A DNA stretch of 64,000 bases from Nitrosopumilaceae archaeon (GTDB lineage: Archaea; Thermoproteota; Nitrososphaeria; Nitrososphaerales; Nitrosopumilaceae), in assembly GCA_965200155.1 (NCBI GenBank), contig CBDATR010000034.1, forward strand, positions 1 through 64,000. Reading direction: 5' to 3'. The notes under the pieces are model-generated. The model was not told the DNA's origin and did no database searches. It saw only the letters and a list, made by a program, of their open reading frames with translations. Shown one piece after another: positions 1 to 10,535 of the stretch. The translations under genes were made by a program, and so were the position numbers. How positions within the stretch are numbered: position 1 is the first letter of the stretch; each line of letters starts with the position of its first letter.

Positions 1-2395
1 AAAGATATACCGCGCGTATGATGCACACATAGAAGAGAATGATTTGTACGACTTTGATGTTATGGTAACCAAGGCCGTACAGTTACTGGGGAATAATAGA
101 GTGATACGCGAGGCATATCAGAAAAGGTATCGCTACATAATGGTGGATGAGTTCCAGGACATTAACCATGCACAGTTTCAGCTGATCAAGCTACTAGCCG
201 GGCACGGCAATGTAATGGTTGTGGGAGATGTTGATCAGGCCATAATGGGTTTTCAAGGAGCGCTAGCTAACGTATTTGGCAGGTTCGAGGAGGCGTTTCC
301 GGCATGTATCTGCATGTCACTGACGGAAAATCATCGCTGTGACGTAAACATACCCCATGTCGCCTCGGCCATAGTGCGCCCCGATGATGGTATAATCCCG
401 ATCAAGAAAGATCAGAGTGTCATAATGGCGCCCGCTACAGACGAGAAGTCCGAGCGTGAGTTCGTTGCGGAAATGATATCCAAGATGGATTACTCTAATG
501 ACAGAACGGCGGTTCTATGCCGTTCCAACAGGAGTTGCCAGGCATTCGCGCAAACTCTCTCGGCGCACCGCATCCACGTTACTATAGTGGACGCAGGCAA
601 TATCATGCGCAATCCGCTAATAGCCGAGGTCAGGCACCTGTTATCCATCGCGGCGTCGCCGGAAACAGCTAGCACATCCATAACATACATACTCAGTCGG
701 CGAGGCATACGGGATTACAACATAAAGGCCATAGACAGGATGGCCGATAGGGCTAGGAGGGCGGAAAGAGACAAGAATGAGGCGTCGCTGAATGACTGTA
801 TATTCTCAACACTGAAACAGTATTCTGGGCCGGATCAGCATGATGAGATTGTAGAAATAACACAGCAGCTGGAGAGGCTTATCGAGGAGGGCAGAAATAA
901 TGATCTCCTTGGGATATTGCGAAATATAATGATGAAGTATACGGATGTGTACAAAAAGAACGCCGGTGCCCGCAATGATGAGGAAATAAGAAACATAGCG
1001 GTCCTGAACAGGCTATACGAGATAGCGGAAGAGTATGAGAATCACTATCCCGACAGGATACTTTCTGATTTTGTGGAGTATTTGGGTATAGCTGCTAATA
1101 ATGACACGGGGAAACACAAAGAGCCGGAAACCGTTCATGGTGATACCGTGGATATAATGACCATTCACAACAGTAAGGGAAAGGAGTTTCATACCGTATT
1201 TGTGACCGGCATTCATGACATGTTACATAAATTCAGAAAGGGAACGACGTACATTCCTGCCGAAATGTTGGACGAGGAATCAGACTATGAACTAGAGGCG
1301 CGCAAACTGCTATTCGTGGCAATGACCCGGGCAAGAAAGCAGGTATACCTGACGTATCATGATGACATGGATGCCAAAAAGGGGCAGGACAAGTTTTTGC
1401 ACGAGTTAAAGAGGAATTCCGGCATCCCGGTGCTAGATGAATACCGGGCTACCAATATTGCCCATTTCAGTGAGAGTGTTATTGAGAATGAAAAGACACA
1501 GATACAGGAGGATGCGTGTAAGGCGGTACGGGAGTCCCGTCCGGTGGCCGCCATCAATCATATCATGAAACTGGCAAGGATGATGGGAGTAGATATATCG
1601 AATCTTGATGTGCCCGGGAATGTCGAGGTCGATACGAAACCGAAAACCCTTGTCATAAAAAAGAGTGATTTGAGGCTCTCGGCTACCAAAATAGAGACTT
1701 ATCAAAAGTGCCCATTGCAATACAAGTACAAGAATATACTTGAAATTCCGGAAGGAGAGGGTCTTGCACTAAGGAAAGGCAGTGTCATTCATAATGCATT
1801 GGAACGGCTTGGGAATGAGAGCAAGGATGGTCGTGTCCCGGATATAAAAAAAGCGATACAAGATGCAATTAATGAGCTAAAGGTATACAGGAATAATTAT
1901 GAGAACAGGGATTATGCAAGGGAAGAATCAACGTTACCGAACATTATGTATAATTATGAAAAATGGGAGAAACAGTCTGATAACATACCAGTAGACATGG
2001 AGGTCAGATTTGAGGTTTACATAGACGGGATAAAGTATACAGGAAGGGTAGACAGGATAGAAAAAAATCCTGATGGCAAGTATGAGGTTATTGATTACAA
2101 GACCGGGAAAACAGTCATCTCCAAGAAGGAGGTTATGCAAGCGCCACAGGTTATTATTTACGCGTATGCCGTAAGGGAAAAGTACGGCTCTCTGCCTGCC
2201 AAGGTATCATTGCTGTATGTGGGAAAGAATAACAACAAAAGGGAGTGTGAAATGAGTGAGGAAGTATTGGAGAACGGTTTGAATATAATAAAGACTTGTG
2301 GTAATGATATTATTGCGGGAAAGTTTGATGCCACGCCCGGCAAGCACTGTGAATGGTGTTCGTATAATATGATTTGTCCGGAATATTTGGAATAA
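1..2395 (+). CDS. UvrD/PcrA-family SF1 helicase fused to a C-terminal PD-(D/E)xK (RecB/Cas4-like) nuclease; 5' end lies upstream of the window
   Basis: Helicase motifs VDEFQD, VVGDVDQAI, NHR, MTIHNSKGKEF and VAMTRAR. Nuclease motifs GRVDRI..VIDYKTG. Four cysteines (CPLQY...CEWC...C) fit an Fe-S cluster. Walker A is not in the window. Confidence 0.9.
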   Translation, partial: KIYRAYDAHIEENDLYDFDVMVTKAVQLLGNNRVIREAYQKRYRYIMVDEFQDINHAQFQLIKLLAGHGNVMVVGDVDQAIMGFQGALANVFGRFEEAFPACICMSLTENHRCDVNIPHVASAIVRPDDGIIPIKKDQSVIMAPATDEKSEREFVAEMISKMDYSNDRTAVLCRSNRSCQAFAQTLSAHRIHVTIVDAGNIMRNPLIAEVRHLLSIAASPETASTSITYILSRRGIRDYNIKAIDRMADRARRAERDKNEASLNDCIFSTLKQYSGPDQHDEIVEITQQLERLIEEGRNNDLLGILRNIMMKYTDVYKKNAGARNDEEIRNIAVLNRLYEIAEEYENHYPDRILSDFVEYLGIAANNDTGKHKEPETVHGDTVDIMTIHNSKGKEFHTVFVTGIHDMLHKFRKGTTYIPAEMLDEESDYELEARKLLFVAMTRARKQVYLTYHDDMDAKKGQDKFLHELKRNSGIPVLDEYRATNIAHFSESVIENEKTQIQEDACKAVRESRPVAAINHIMKLARMMGVDISNLDVPGNVEVDTKPKTLVIKKSDLRLSATKIETYQKCPLQYKYKNILEIPEGEGLALRKGSVIHNALERLGNESKDGRVPDIKKAIQDAINELKVYRNNYENRDYAREESTLPNIMYNYEKWEKQSDNIPVDMEVRFEVYIDGIKYTGRVDRIEKNPDGKYEVIDYKTGKTVISKKEVMQAPQVIIYAYAVREKYGSLPAKVSLLYVGKNNNKRECEMSEEVLENGLNIIKTCGNDIIAGKFDATPGKHCEWCSYNMICPEYLE

Positions 2396-2398
2396 TAT

Positions 2399-3831
2399 TA
2401 GACCTTATGCGCATGATTGACAGTAATTGTTTAGGTCGCTTCAAATTGAGGTATATTTTATGACACAATCCGGTAAACATGAACAAACAAGGGACTGTTA
2501 CGTAACAGTCCAACCAGAGGACTATTGGAATGATGGTCCTGACCAGTGGAAATGGTACCCAACAGCCCCAGCGTGTGTTACAAGTCCTGCTGTGATTGCT
2601 TGAGCGGCATAAATGATTACCATAAAACTTATTCGTATTATAGAAGCCTATGGACATATATTTTTTAGAAATTTCTTGTATCTGGTTTGCATAATGTGCA
2701 GGTTATGCAATCCGGATACTACAATTAGATCTTCCCGGAATTCATCACGACTACCATCATATACCTGACTTAATCTACGGTACACCTTTAGCATGCGGAT
2801 GACATGCTCGATTAATATGCGCGGACATATTGGTTGTATTTCTTTTCAGTGCTAGTGAGTGATTCCCTGCCCTTGTTTGGAATTATGACCCTTGCGCCGG
2901 TTAACAATCCCTGGTATCCTGCATCCGCAACTACTATCAGATGGCGGTGTGGTTGATTCTGTTAGGGATTTACCCCACTTGCCGCCAAGGGGAATATCAT
3001 TTTTAAATATGTTATAATCGTGTGTTTTCCCTTCATATACTCACTGACATGAATTATCAGTCTTTTTTTGTTCGATGTTATCTGCACGTTGTATTGCCAG
3101 AGTACATTGCTCCCTGATTTTTTTCGGGACGCTGAACATGTGTCCCGTCAGTCTTTATCTCCCCACCAGCCCGGCCTGGAAAAAAGTCAGATGTAGACTT
3201 GATCCGCGATAGTGCATCCGCAATGGTATCTGCTGCTGGATCATACCCCGCTTTGTAAATTGGATATATCTGCATACGTTTGGGTATCTTGAGTATTGCT
3301 GGTAACATCTCCTGTTTCGTATTGCAGCGCAGGTGTATCAGTGTAACTAAGAGTAGATGCCGAATGGTAACATGTCCACGATCATTTGTAAGCTCTGGGA
3401 ATCGTCGTGCATCATCACCTTCCAGAGATTCTACGTATTCCTTGAATCTGGTCAGTATCCAAGTAAACTCTTCCGGAGAGCATCCGGTCAGTGAATGCAG
3501 CTGATCCTTGCGTTCTATGACAACATCAAGATTTGAAACAAGGGAATTGTGTGCTTCAAGTTTGGCGTGCAGGCTGTCATTTTTTCCACACAAGCTGTCA
3601 ACTTTTCCACACAGGTTTGTTACTTCGGCCTCAGACTCGGTGCGTAGAGGGTTGTACTCTGCTATTAACTGCTCCTTGGTGAGTTCTTCTACTTTTAGCA
3701 TACTGGATACCACAAGATTAGACCTTAACTTTTCTGTTTCACACACGTGTTTGTGTTAGGCCAATCATTTGCACCTATAAACTTGGTTTAAACGTGTAAT
3801 GTTGGGCAAGTGATTCTGCGCATAAAGTCTA
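2399..3831 (-). mobile_element. IS5-family (ISL2/DDE_Tnp_4-like) element with degraded transposase
   Basis: Terminal IR TAGACCTTATGCGCA / TGCGCATAAAGTCTA. Minus-strand frames give LTGCSPEEF, DGTHVQRP, YSG, GKTHD, DAGYQG and IEHVI, broken by stops and frameshifts. Confidence 0.8.
2423..2620. mobile_element. GTAACC-family MITE nested in the ISL2-like element
   Basis: Ends GTAATTGTTTAGGTCGC...GCATAAATGATTAC. Interior aligns with 61227-61419. Repeated at 7470-7666. Confidence 0.7.
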
Positions 3832-3832
3832 A

Positions 3833-3952
3833 TGAAGTGATGGGGAGCCGTGTGACCCAAGACAGACGAGGCGGTTCAAAAAGTGCAGGCGGTGTGAAAC
3901 GCATCAGCCCTGCCAGCACAAGGGGCCAAACCCGGCTACCCCTCATCATTTC
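3833..3952. other. ~120-nt structured element with a long imperfect terminal inverted repeat
   Basis: TGAAGTGATGGGGAGCCG pairs with CGGCTACCCCTCATCATTTCA. Internal GCAGG/CCTGC stem and a GAAA-loop hairpin. Confidence 0.45.
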
Positions 3953-4036
3953 ACGCCACTAAGTTTTGTGCGTGATTATTTTGCAGACCTATTTGCACAC
4001 GTATGTAGTCATGACCAGACGCCAAACTCATCATGA

Positions 4037-4128
4037 GTATGAGTTCACCTGTGTCTAAATTTACGCATAACTGATCGCGACAGTTAATGCAATTTGTGCA
4101 TAAGATTCCGAAAGACGTGAACTCATAC
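4037..4128 (+). mobile_element. IS66-related MITE, 92-bp variant A
   Basis: 12-bp TIR GTATGAGTTCAC, identical to the ends of the IS66 at 55136-56801. Confidence 0.9.
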
Positions 4129-4250
4129 CGTGTGAGAGTATTGGAAGCATACATGTCACGCACCATAGAAGAAATACGAAATCACATACAAGATTTCCAA
4201 ATTATTAGAAAATATGTAAATGAATTGGAAGAGACATTAGAAGAAAAACA
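4129..4250 (+). pseudogene. Fragment of the IS66 transposase N-terminus between two MITEs
   Basis: RVRVLEAYMSRTIEEIRN... matches the ORF at 8677. Confidence 0.85.
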
Positions 4251-4451
4251 GTATGAGTTTACCTGTGTCTAAATTTACGCATAACTGAGTGTGAGTTCAC
4301 CTGTGTCTAAATTTACGCATAACTGATGGAACAGGTTGTTCTAGTTAATGTGATTTGTGCATAAGATTCCGGAAGACGTGAACTCATACATAACTGATCG
4401 CGACCGTTAATGTGATTTGTGCATAAGATTCCGGAAGACGTGAACTCATAC
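4251..4451 (+). mobile_element. MITE variant B (4289-4389) inserted into MITE variant A
   Basis: The inner copy is flanked by the 8-bp TSD ATAACTGA. Confidence 0.9.
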
Positions 4452-4494
4452 CTTATTTTTCGTAGATTATAATAACAAACTAGAACACATTTTG

Positions 4495-4586
4495 GTATGA
4501 GTTTACCTGTGTCTAAATTTACGCATAACTGATCGCGACCGTTAATGTGATTTGTGCATAAGATTCCGGAAGACGTGAACTCATAC
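4495..4586 (+). mobile_element. IS66-related MITE variant A
   Basis: Same 92-bp sequence; no TSD. Confidence 0.9.
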
Positions 4587-4855
4587 CATCATGAAGCATT
4601 TCATGTCCTGTATGGTACATCTGCTGATTTAGCCTGTCCGCCATCCTTGTTGTGACATTTCATGGAAAATCACCGCCAAGACTTATGGTGACTGCTATAG
4701 TATCGGATTCATGGGCACCCTGGAACCATGGTGGTATCTGTCTACGTTTCTGAAGTGATAAATTGCATGAGTTCATCTATGTCTAGTATCTGTCTAGATT
4801 TTTGAAGTGAAATTCAGCATATATTCACGGATGTAGTGGTAGAAATCTATATCCC

Positions 4856-5220
4856 TCATCCTACACGTCTCCCGTAGAATTTCCAGTCTGGAATAGTCTT
4901 GTGACCCTCTAGTGATTTACTACCGCCGGATATCTTGCGCTTGCCCACCAGTTTCCTTATGGCACGCTCTGCCGTATTATTATGCCATGGTATTCCCAAG
5001 TCAATGAATGTAAGCAGCATGTTCTTCTCTCGATTTAATCGCTTGACGTAACGTATGCAGTCCTTGTCCGTATAATCCTTGGAGATCAATCACTTTATTC
5101 GCGCTTTCAGGTTACGGGGAACGGCACCATCATTGTGAGAGTCGTCGATTATTCTGTGCAGCGTACGCTCAAACTGTACAAACTCATCAGGCGGTAGATA
5201 ATACTCCATGACACAGGCCA
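4856..5220 (-). pseudogene. C-terminal fragment of a second, divergent IS66-family transposase
   Basis: GIPWHNNTAERAIRKLVGKRKISGGSKS, the IS66 NNxAERxxR motif. Confidence 0.8.
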
Positions 5221-5222
5221 TA

Positions 5223-6476
5223 TCACGTTTGTAGTGGAGGTGGCAATTTTGGTGTTATGAGCACTCTAATAACTTCATGTTCCAATTGAGAATTATATTC
5301 GAACGTAACAGAACTTGCAATAGCCCTTGGCTCCATTATCACTGTTAAATCACCAGCAAATGATATCATATAATCATGCAAACTGAATGATAGTACCGGA
5401 CCGCCCGAATGGATGGTTGCATAAGCTAATGAAGTCGGGACACCTCGTATCTGTAATTGTATCTTGGAGCTGTCTAGCAGTACTACATCCTGATTCATAA
5501 CTAGTATCAACTGTGGTATATGTGGGTTGTAGATTGCATATTCAATGGCTAGTTCAGACTCAGATGTAGGTGAGGCTTGTAGGTCTACACAAAGATGCGG
5601 CCGTGTCTCACAATTAATAGAATCACCCACCAATGGTATGATGGCCAATTCATTATATCTTCCTAAAATGAACAAAGCGTCTTCTACAACATCAGGTGGT
5701 ATAACAAAACACACATTGAATGTTCTTGGAATTCCTGGTTGTATATCCTCTATTAAACGCCGAGGACAATCATTGTCATCTACATCAATATCAAAATAGT
5801 AATACAAGTCAATATAGCCTATCTGGTAATAAGGTTCAACTACATCGTCGGTTAAATTTATTAATACTTCTTTTATTACATTCGCATTATTAGTCACAGT
5901 AAGTGTCATCATTATAAGATCATCATCTCCATAAGATATTCGGTCAAAATTTTCTATCTCAACATCAATATCTAAAAATTTGGTAGGTGGTAACCATACG
6001 GTTGTTACCTCCTTACCACTTCCAACGACTAAAAAAGATTCTTCTTCACCTGGTGGTACAATGTAGCACACATTGAATGTTATTGGAATTCCTGGTCGTA
6101 TATCCACTATACCATAACTGGGGCAATCATCGCTATCCACATCAATATCAAAATATAAATACAAATCAAAGGATACTATCGATGAATAAAAGTCCTCTAT
6201 GGTGAACAGAATTGCATTTATTGGTTTTGAAATATTGTCATTATTGGTTACAGTAAATGTTATCATTATAAGATCATCATCTCCATAAGATATTCGGTCA
6301 AAATTTTCTATCACAACATCTGCATCTAAAATTTCAAAATCACTCTGTGCAAAAGCTGCCATGGGCATTATGGCAAGCGCTATGATTACCGGTAGTATGA
6401 CATTGCATTTACGCCCCCCCCCGAGCCTAGTTAGAGCATGGTGCACTGTATGACTGCCAGGGGTATGACATTGCAC
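5223..6476 (-). CDS. Secreted protein with two tandem Ig-like (DUF4352-like) repeats; start uncertain
   Basis: Signal peptide CNVILPVIIALAIMPMAAFAQ. Internal repeat IENFDRISYGDDDLIM.T.TVTNN...DIDVD.DDCP...PGIP.TFNVC occurs twice. Confidence 0.7.
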   Translation of the reverse strand: MQCHTPGSHTVHHALTRLGGGRKCNVILPVIIALAIMPMAAFAQSDFEILDADVVIENFDRISYGDDDLIMITFTVTNNDNISKPINAILFTIEDFYSSIVSFDLYLYFDIDVDSDDCPSYGIVDIRPGIPITFNVCYIVPPGEEESFLVVGSGKEVTTVWLPPTKFLDIDVEIENFDRISYGDDDLIMMTLTVTNNANVIKEVLINLTDDVVEPYYQIGYIDLYYYFDIDVDDNDCPRRLIEDIQPGIPRTFNVCFVIPPDVVEDALFILGRYNELAIIPLVGDSINCETRPHLCVDLQASPTSESELAIEYAIYNPHIPQLILVMNQDVVLLDSSKIQLQIRGVPTSLAYATIHSGGPVLSFSLHDYMISFAGDLTVIMEPRAIASSVTFEYNSQLEHEVIRVLITPKLPPPLQT

Positions 6477-6656
6477 ATAATTGGTTACTTTTGGGCATTA
6501 TAATAACATACAGATGGCGGTAACCATTCAGGTTGCACAACAATATTGCAAGTTTGCTGTGATAACATAATACCGACCAGTTACGGTAGTCTAGGCATTG
6601 GCTACCCAGAACATATACCGGCATCACAAGTCTCTGGGTATACATTTGTCACACAA

Positions 6657-7445
6657 TAGACCTTATGCGTAGAATCACTTGTCCAGCATTATACGTTTAA
6701 ACCAAGTTTATGGATGCAAATGATTGGCCTAACACAAACACGTGTGTGAAACAGAAAAGGTCTAATCTTGTAGTGCTAAAAGTAGAAGAACTCACCAAGG
6801 AGCAGAATAGTACAACCGGCTACGCACCGAGCCTGAGGCCGAAGTAACAATTGCGTGGAAAAAATGACATCCTGCACGCCAAACTTGAAGCACACAATTC
6901 CCTTGTTTCAAATCTTGATGACGTCATAGAACGCAAGGATTCGCTGACCGGATGCTCTCCGGGATACTGACCAGATTCAAGGAATATGTAGAATCTCTGG
7001 AAGGTGATGATGTACGACGATTCCTAGAGCTTACAAATGGTATGAGTTCACGTCTTCCGGAATCTTATGCACAAATCACATTAACTGTCGCGATCAGTTA
7101 TGCGTAAATTTAGACACAGGTGAACTCATACTACAAATGATCGTGGACACGTTACCATTAGACACCTACTCCTAGTCACATTGATACACCTGCGCTGCAA
7201 TACAAAACAGGAGCTGCTTGCAGCAATACTCAAGATAAACCAATCAAACATATGCATATATATGCAGTTTACAAAGCGGGGTATGATCAAGATACTTCCA
7301 ACAGCAGATACAATTGCGTATGCGCTATCGCGGATCAAGTCAACATCTGACTTTAAGGAAATTGTTCCAGGCCGTGCTGGAGGGGAGATAAAGACTGACG
7401 GAACACATGTACGTGTACAGCGTCCCGAAAAAAATCAGGGAGCAA
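6657..7445 (+). mobile_element. Truncated second copy of the ISL2-like element
   Basis: Reverse-complement match to 3100-3831 with many small deletions; starts TAGACCTTATGCG. Confidence 0.85.
7040..7131 (-). mobile_element. IS66-related MITE variant A
   Basis: TIRs plus the 8-bp TSD TACAAATG. Confidence 0.95.
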
Positions 7446-7666
7446 TAGACCTTATGCGCATGATTGACAGTAATTGTTTAGGTTGCTTCAAATTGAGGTA
7501 TATTTTATGACACAATCCGGTAAACATGAACAAACAAGGGATTGTTACGTAACAGTCCAACCAGAGGACTATTGGAATAATGGTCCTGACCAGTGGAAAT
7601 GGTGCCCACCAGCCCCAGCGTGTGTTACAAATGTCCTGCTGTGATTGCTTGAGTGGCATAAATGAT

Positions 7667-8390
7667 GTATGAGTTCACGTGTTTTGATCATTCACTAAGA
7701 TATAGATCGGTATGGCAATATTTTACTTAAATACCAAATTTGGAATAAGAATCTAATGAGAAGACGCCGGTCCTATAAGGAATTGGAACTGGAAAATAAA
7801 CTTCTTCAGGATACCCTTGCGTCTACCAAGAAAGATCTTGCACATTACAAGGAACGTGTGAGAGTATTGGAAGCATATATGTCACACACCATAAAAGAAA
7901 TACGAAATCTCACACAAGATTTCCAAATTATTAGGAATTATGTAAATGAATTGAATGAGAAATTAAAAGAAAAACAGGGGAAAATTGCGGTACTCACAAC
8001 GCGACTTAAATATTATGAGAATGCTCACTCGCCACCATCCCTTCAATCCCTCCAGTACAAGAAGCGAAAACAGGGAGATAATAAGCAACAGACAGAAGCC
8101 AGTACGAAATCAGCCAAAAAGGCTGGCGCTCAAAAGGGACACAAGGGGGTTTCCCGTTCCCACAACCCCGGCAGAGTAGTGCATCACACCTTTGAGTACA
8201 CACCAATATGTGAGTGCGGCAATATAATGACAAAAATTGGTTGGAAACAACGACACATAACGGAATTAATACCAGCCAGAATAGAGGAGACCCTTCATGT
8301 GATAGAAATGGCTGCATGCAAGTGCGGCAAAAAACAACTGGCCCCAGCAGCGGGCGTCCCAAAGAGTGGTGATTTTGGAGTTCAATTATG
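7667..8390 (+). mobile_element. 5' half of IS66 (ORF from 7756), truncated by a MITE
   Basis: Left end GTATGAGTTCACGTGTTTTGATCA; near-identical to 8588 onward. Confidence 0.9.
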
Positions 8391-8482
8391 GTATGAGTTC
8401 ACGTCTTCCGGAATCTTGTGCACAAATCACATTAACTGTCGCGATCAGTTATGCGTAAATTTAGACACAGGTGAACTCATAC
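8391..8482 (-). mobile_element. IS66-related MITE variant A, followed by an inverted IS66 fragment (8483-8587)
   Basis: TIRs present, no TSD. Confidence 0.9.
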
Positions 8483-8587
8483 CCTGTTTTCGCTTCTGTT
8501 TCCGCTTCTTGTACTGGAGGGATTGAAGGGATGGTGGCGAGTGAGAATTCTGATAATATTTAAGTCGCGTTGTGATTACCGCAATTT

Positions 8588-10280
8588 GTATGAGTTCACG
8601 TGTTTTGATCATTCACTAAGATATAGATTGGTATGGCAATATTTTACTTAAATACCAAATTTGCAATAAGAATCTAATGAGAAGACGCCGGTCCTATAAG
8701 GAATTGGAACTGGAAAATAAACTTCTTCAGGATACCCTTGCGTCTATCAAGAAAGATATTGAGGATTACAAGAAAGATCTTGCACATTACAAGGAACGTG
8801 TGAGAGTATTGGAAGCATATGTGTCACACACCACAAAAGAAATACGAAATCTCACACAAGATTTCCAAATTATTAGGAATTATGTAAGTGAATTGAATGA
8901 GAAATTAGAAGAAAAAGACAGGAAAATTGCGGTACTCACAACGCGACTTAAATATTATGAAAATGCTCACTCGCCACCATCCCTTCAATCCCTCCAGTAC
9001 AAGAAGCGAAAACAGGAGGAACAGAAGCGAAAACAGGGAGATAATAAGCAACAGACAGAAGCCAGTACGAAATCAGCCAAAAAGGCTGGCGCTCAAAAGG
9101 GACACAAGGGGGTTTCCCGTTCCCACAACCCCGGCAGAGTAGTGCATCACACCTTTGAGTACACACCAATATGTGAGTGCGGCAATATGATGACAAAAAT
9201 TGGTTGGAAACAACGACACATAACGGAATTAATACCAGCCAAAATAGAGGAGACCCTTCATGTGATAGAAATGGCTGCGTGTGGGTGCGGCAAAAAACAA
9301 CTGGCCCCAGCAGCGGGCGTCCCAAAGAGTGGTAGTTTTGGGGTTCAATTATGCGGTGCCATCACTGCATTACGCGCAGAAAAGATTCCAATAAAACGCA
9401 TACCTGTAATTTCGAAGGATCTCTTCGGCCTGAATATATCTGTGGGTGCGGTAAACAACATAATTGCCAGGGCCGCCGATGCATGTGAATCATTTATGGA
9501 AACAATTCATGAAAATATAATAAAATCACCCAGCATTCATGTGGACGAAACTGGTATATCACTGGCGGGTAGGCGTGGCTGGGTATGGGGGATGCGAGCC
9601 GAAGAGTGGATGATGTCCATATATGACAAAAGTAGGAGTTCAAATGTAGTGAACAAATACCTGAACGGTTACCAGGGAGCGATAGTAACGGACAGGTACG
9701 TTGTGTACCGCCGGTTTGATGACGGTGGGAAGCACCAGTTGTGTTGGGCGCATTTATTGCGCGATACCCAGGCATTACATGCAGGATTCTATATTGATCC
9801 CGGTGCTCAGGACGCCCGGATCAAACTTGACAACGACCTGAAAGGATTGTTCCGGAGCGCACGGGAATCCCTGAATCACTGCGGGCCGTCCGCGCAATTA
9901 CGACACTCATTTGAGACAGGAGCAGATGCATCAGTACTGTGATGTTAATGATACTGAACTACAAAAGAAGGTAAAAGGATTGAATAAGGCCATACCATGC
10001 ATGTTCGTATTCTTAGAATATGACTGTGTAGAGCCCACCAACAATCCAGCGGAGCAGTGGAACCGGTTCTGATACGCAGTGGTATTCCGCAAGATTAGTG
10101 GCCAGATAAAAGGTGGTGAAAGGGCAATGCGCCGCATGTCTACATTCGTATCATGCGTTCAGACATGGAGGGCTCAGGGCCTTTCTGTAATGAACGAGGT
10201 TGCTGCCAGAATGCAGTTATAATTAAAAAAACTGGGATGCATTCTATCTTATTATGTGATCAAAACACGTGAACTCATAC
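8588..10280 (+). mobile_element. Full-length single-gene IS66-family element; transposase 8677-~10222 is split by a frameshift and a further lesion
   Basis: 24-bp TIR. Coiled coil, GAQKGHKG, CECG..CGCG zinc finger, HVDETG, VTDRY, QLCWAHLLRD, PTNNPAE. Confidence 0.92.
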
Positions 10281-10443
10281 CAATCATTTGCATCCATAAA
10301 CTTGGTTTAAACGTGTAATGTTGGACAAGTGATTCTGCGCATAAGGTCTATTAGTCATAATTCACAATAATTAAGCGCAGGTCTCTAAAATTCCACAAAA
10401 AGTTCAGAGTTCTCTTCCAGCATTGTATTGTTATCCAGATATT

Positions 10444-10535
10444 GTATGAGTTCACCTGTGTCTAAATTTACGCATAACTGATCGCGACAGTTAATGTGAT
10501 TTATGCATAAGATTCCGGAAGACGTGAACTCATAC
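10444..10535 (+). mobile_element. IS66-related MITE variant A
   Basis: TIRs and conserved core. Confidence 0.9.

Larger units (their letters stand above)
7446..10350 (-). mobile_element. Third ISL2-like copy: only the ends remain (7446-7666 and 10281-10350), with the interior replaced by IS66 DNA
   Basis: 7446-7666 matches 2399-2617. 10281-10350 matches 3762-3831. Confidence 0.8.

Noticed and set aside
3860-3905. Hammerhead ribozyme
   Set aside because: The core reads CAGACGA rather than CTGANGA, and I could not build stems I-III.
3951-4272. Short ORFs containing YEFTSSGILCTNHINCRDQLCVNLDTGELI as a repeated protein domain
   Set aside because: These are translations of the MITE, not genes.
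4037-4586. CRISPR array next to a Cas4-like gene
   Set aside because: The repeats are 92-101 bp with TIRs and 8-bp TSDs, are dispersed in both orientations and have irregular spacing. They are MITEs.
6414-6422. C9 tract as a phase-variation switch
   Set aside because: The upstream ATG frames hit stops before the tract, so slippage cannot connect them. Kept only as part of the insertion scar.
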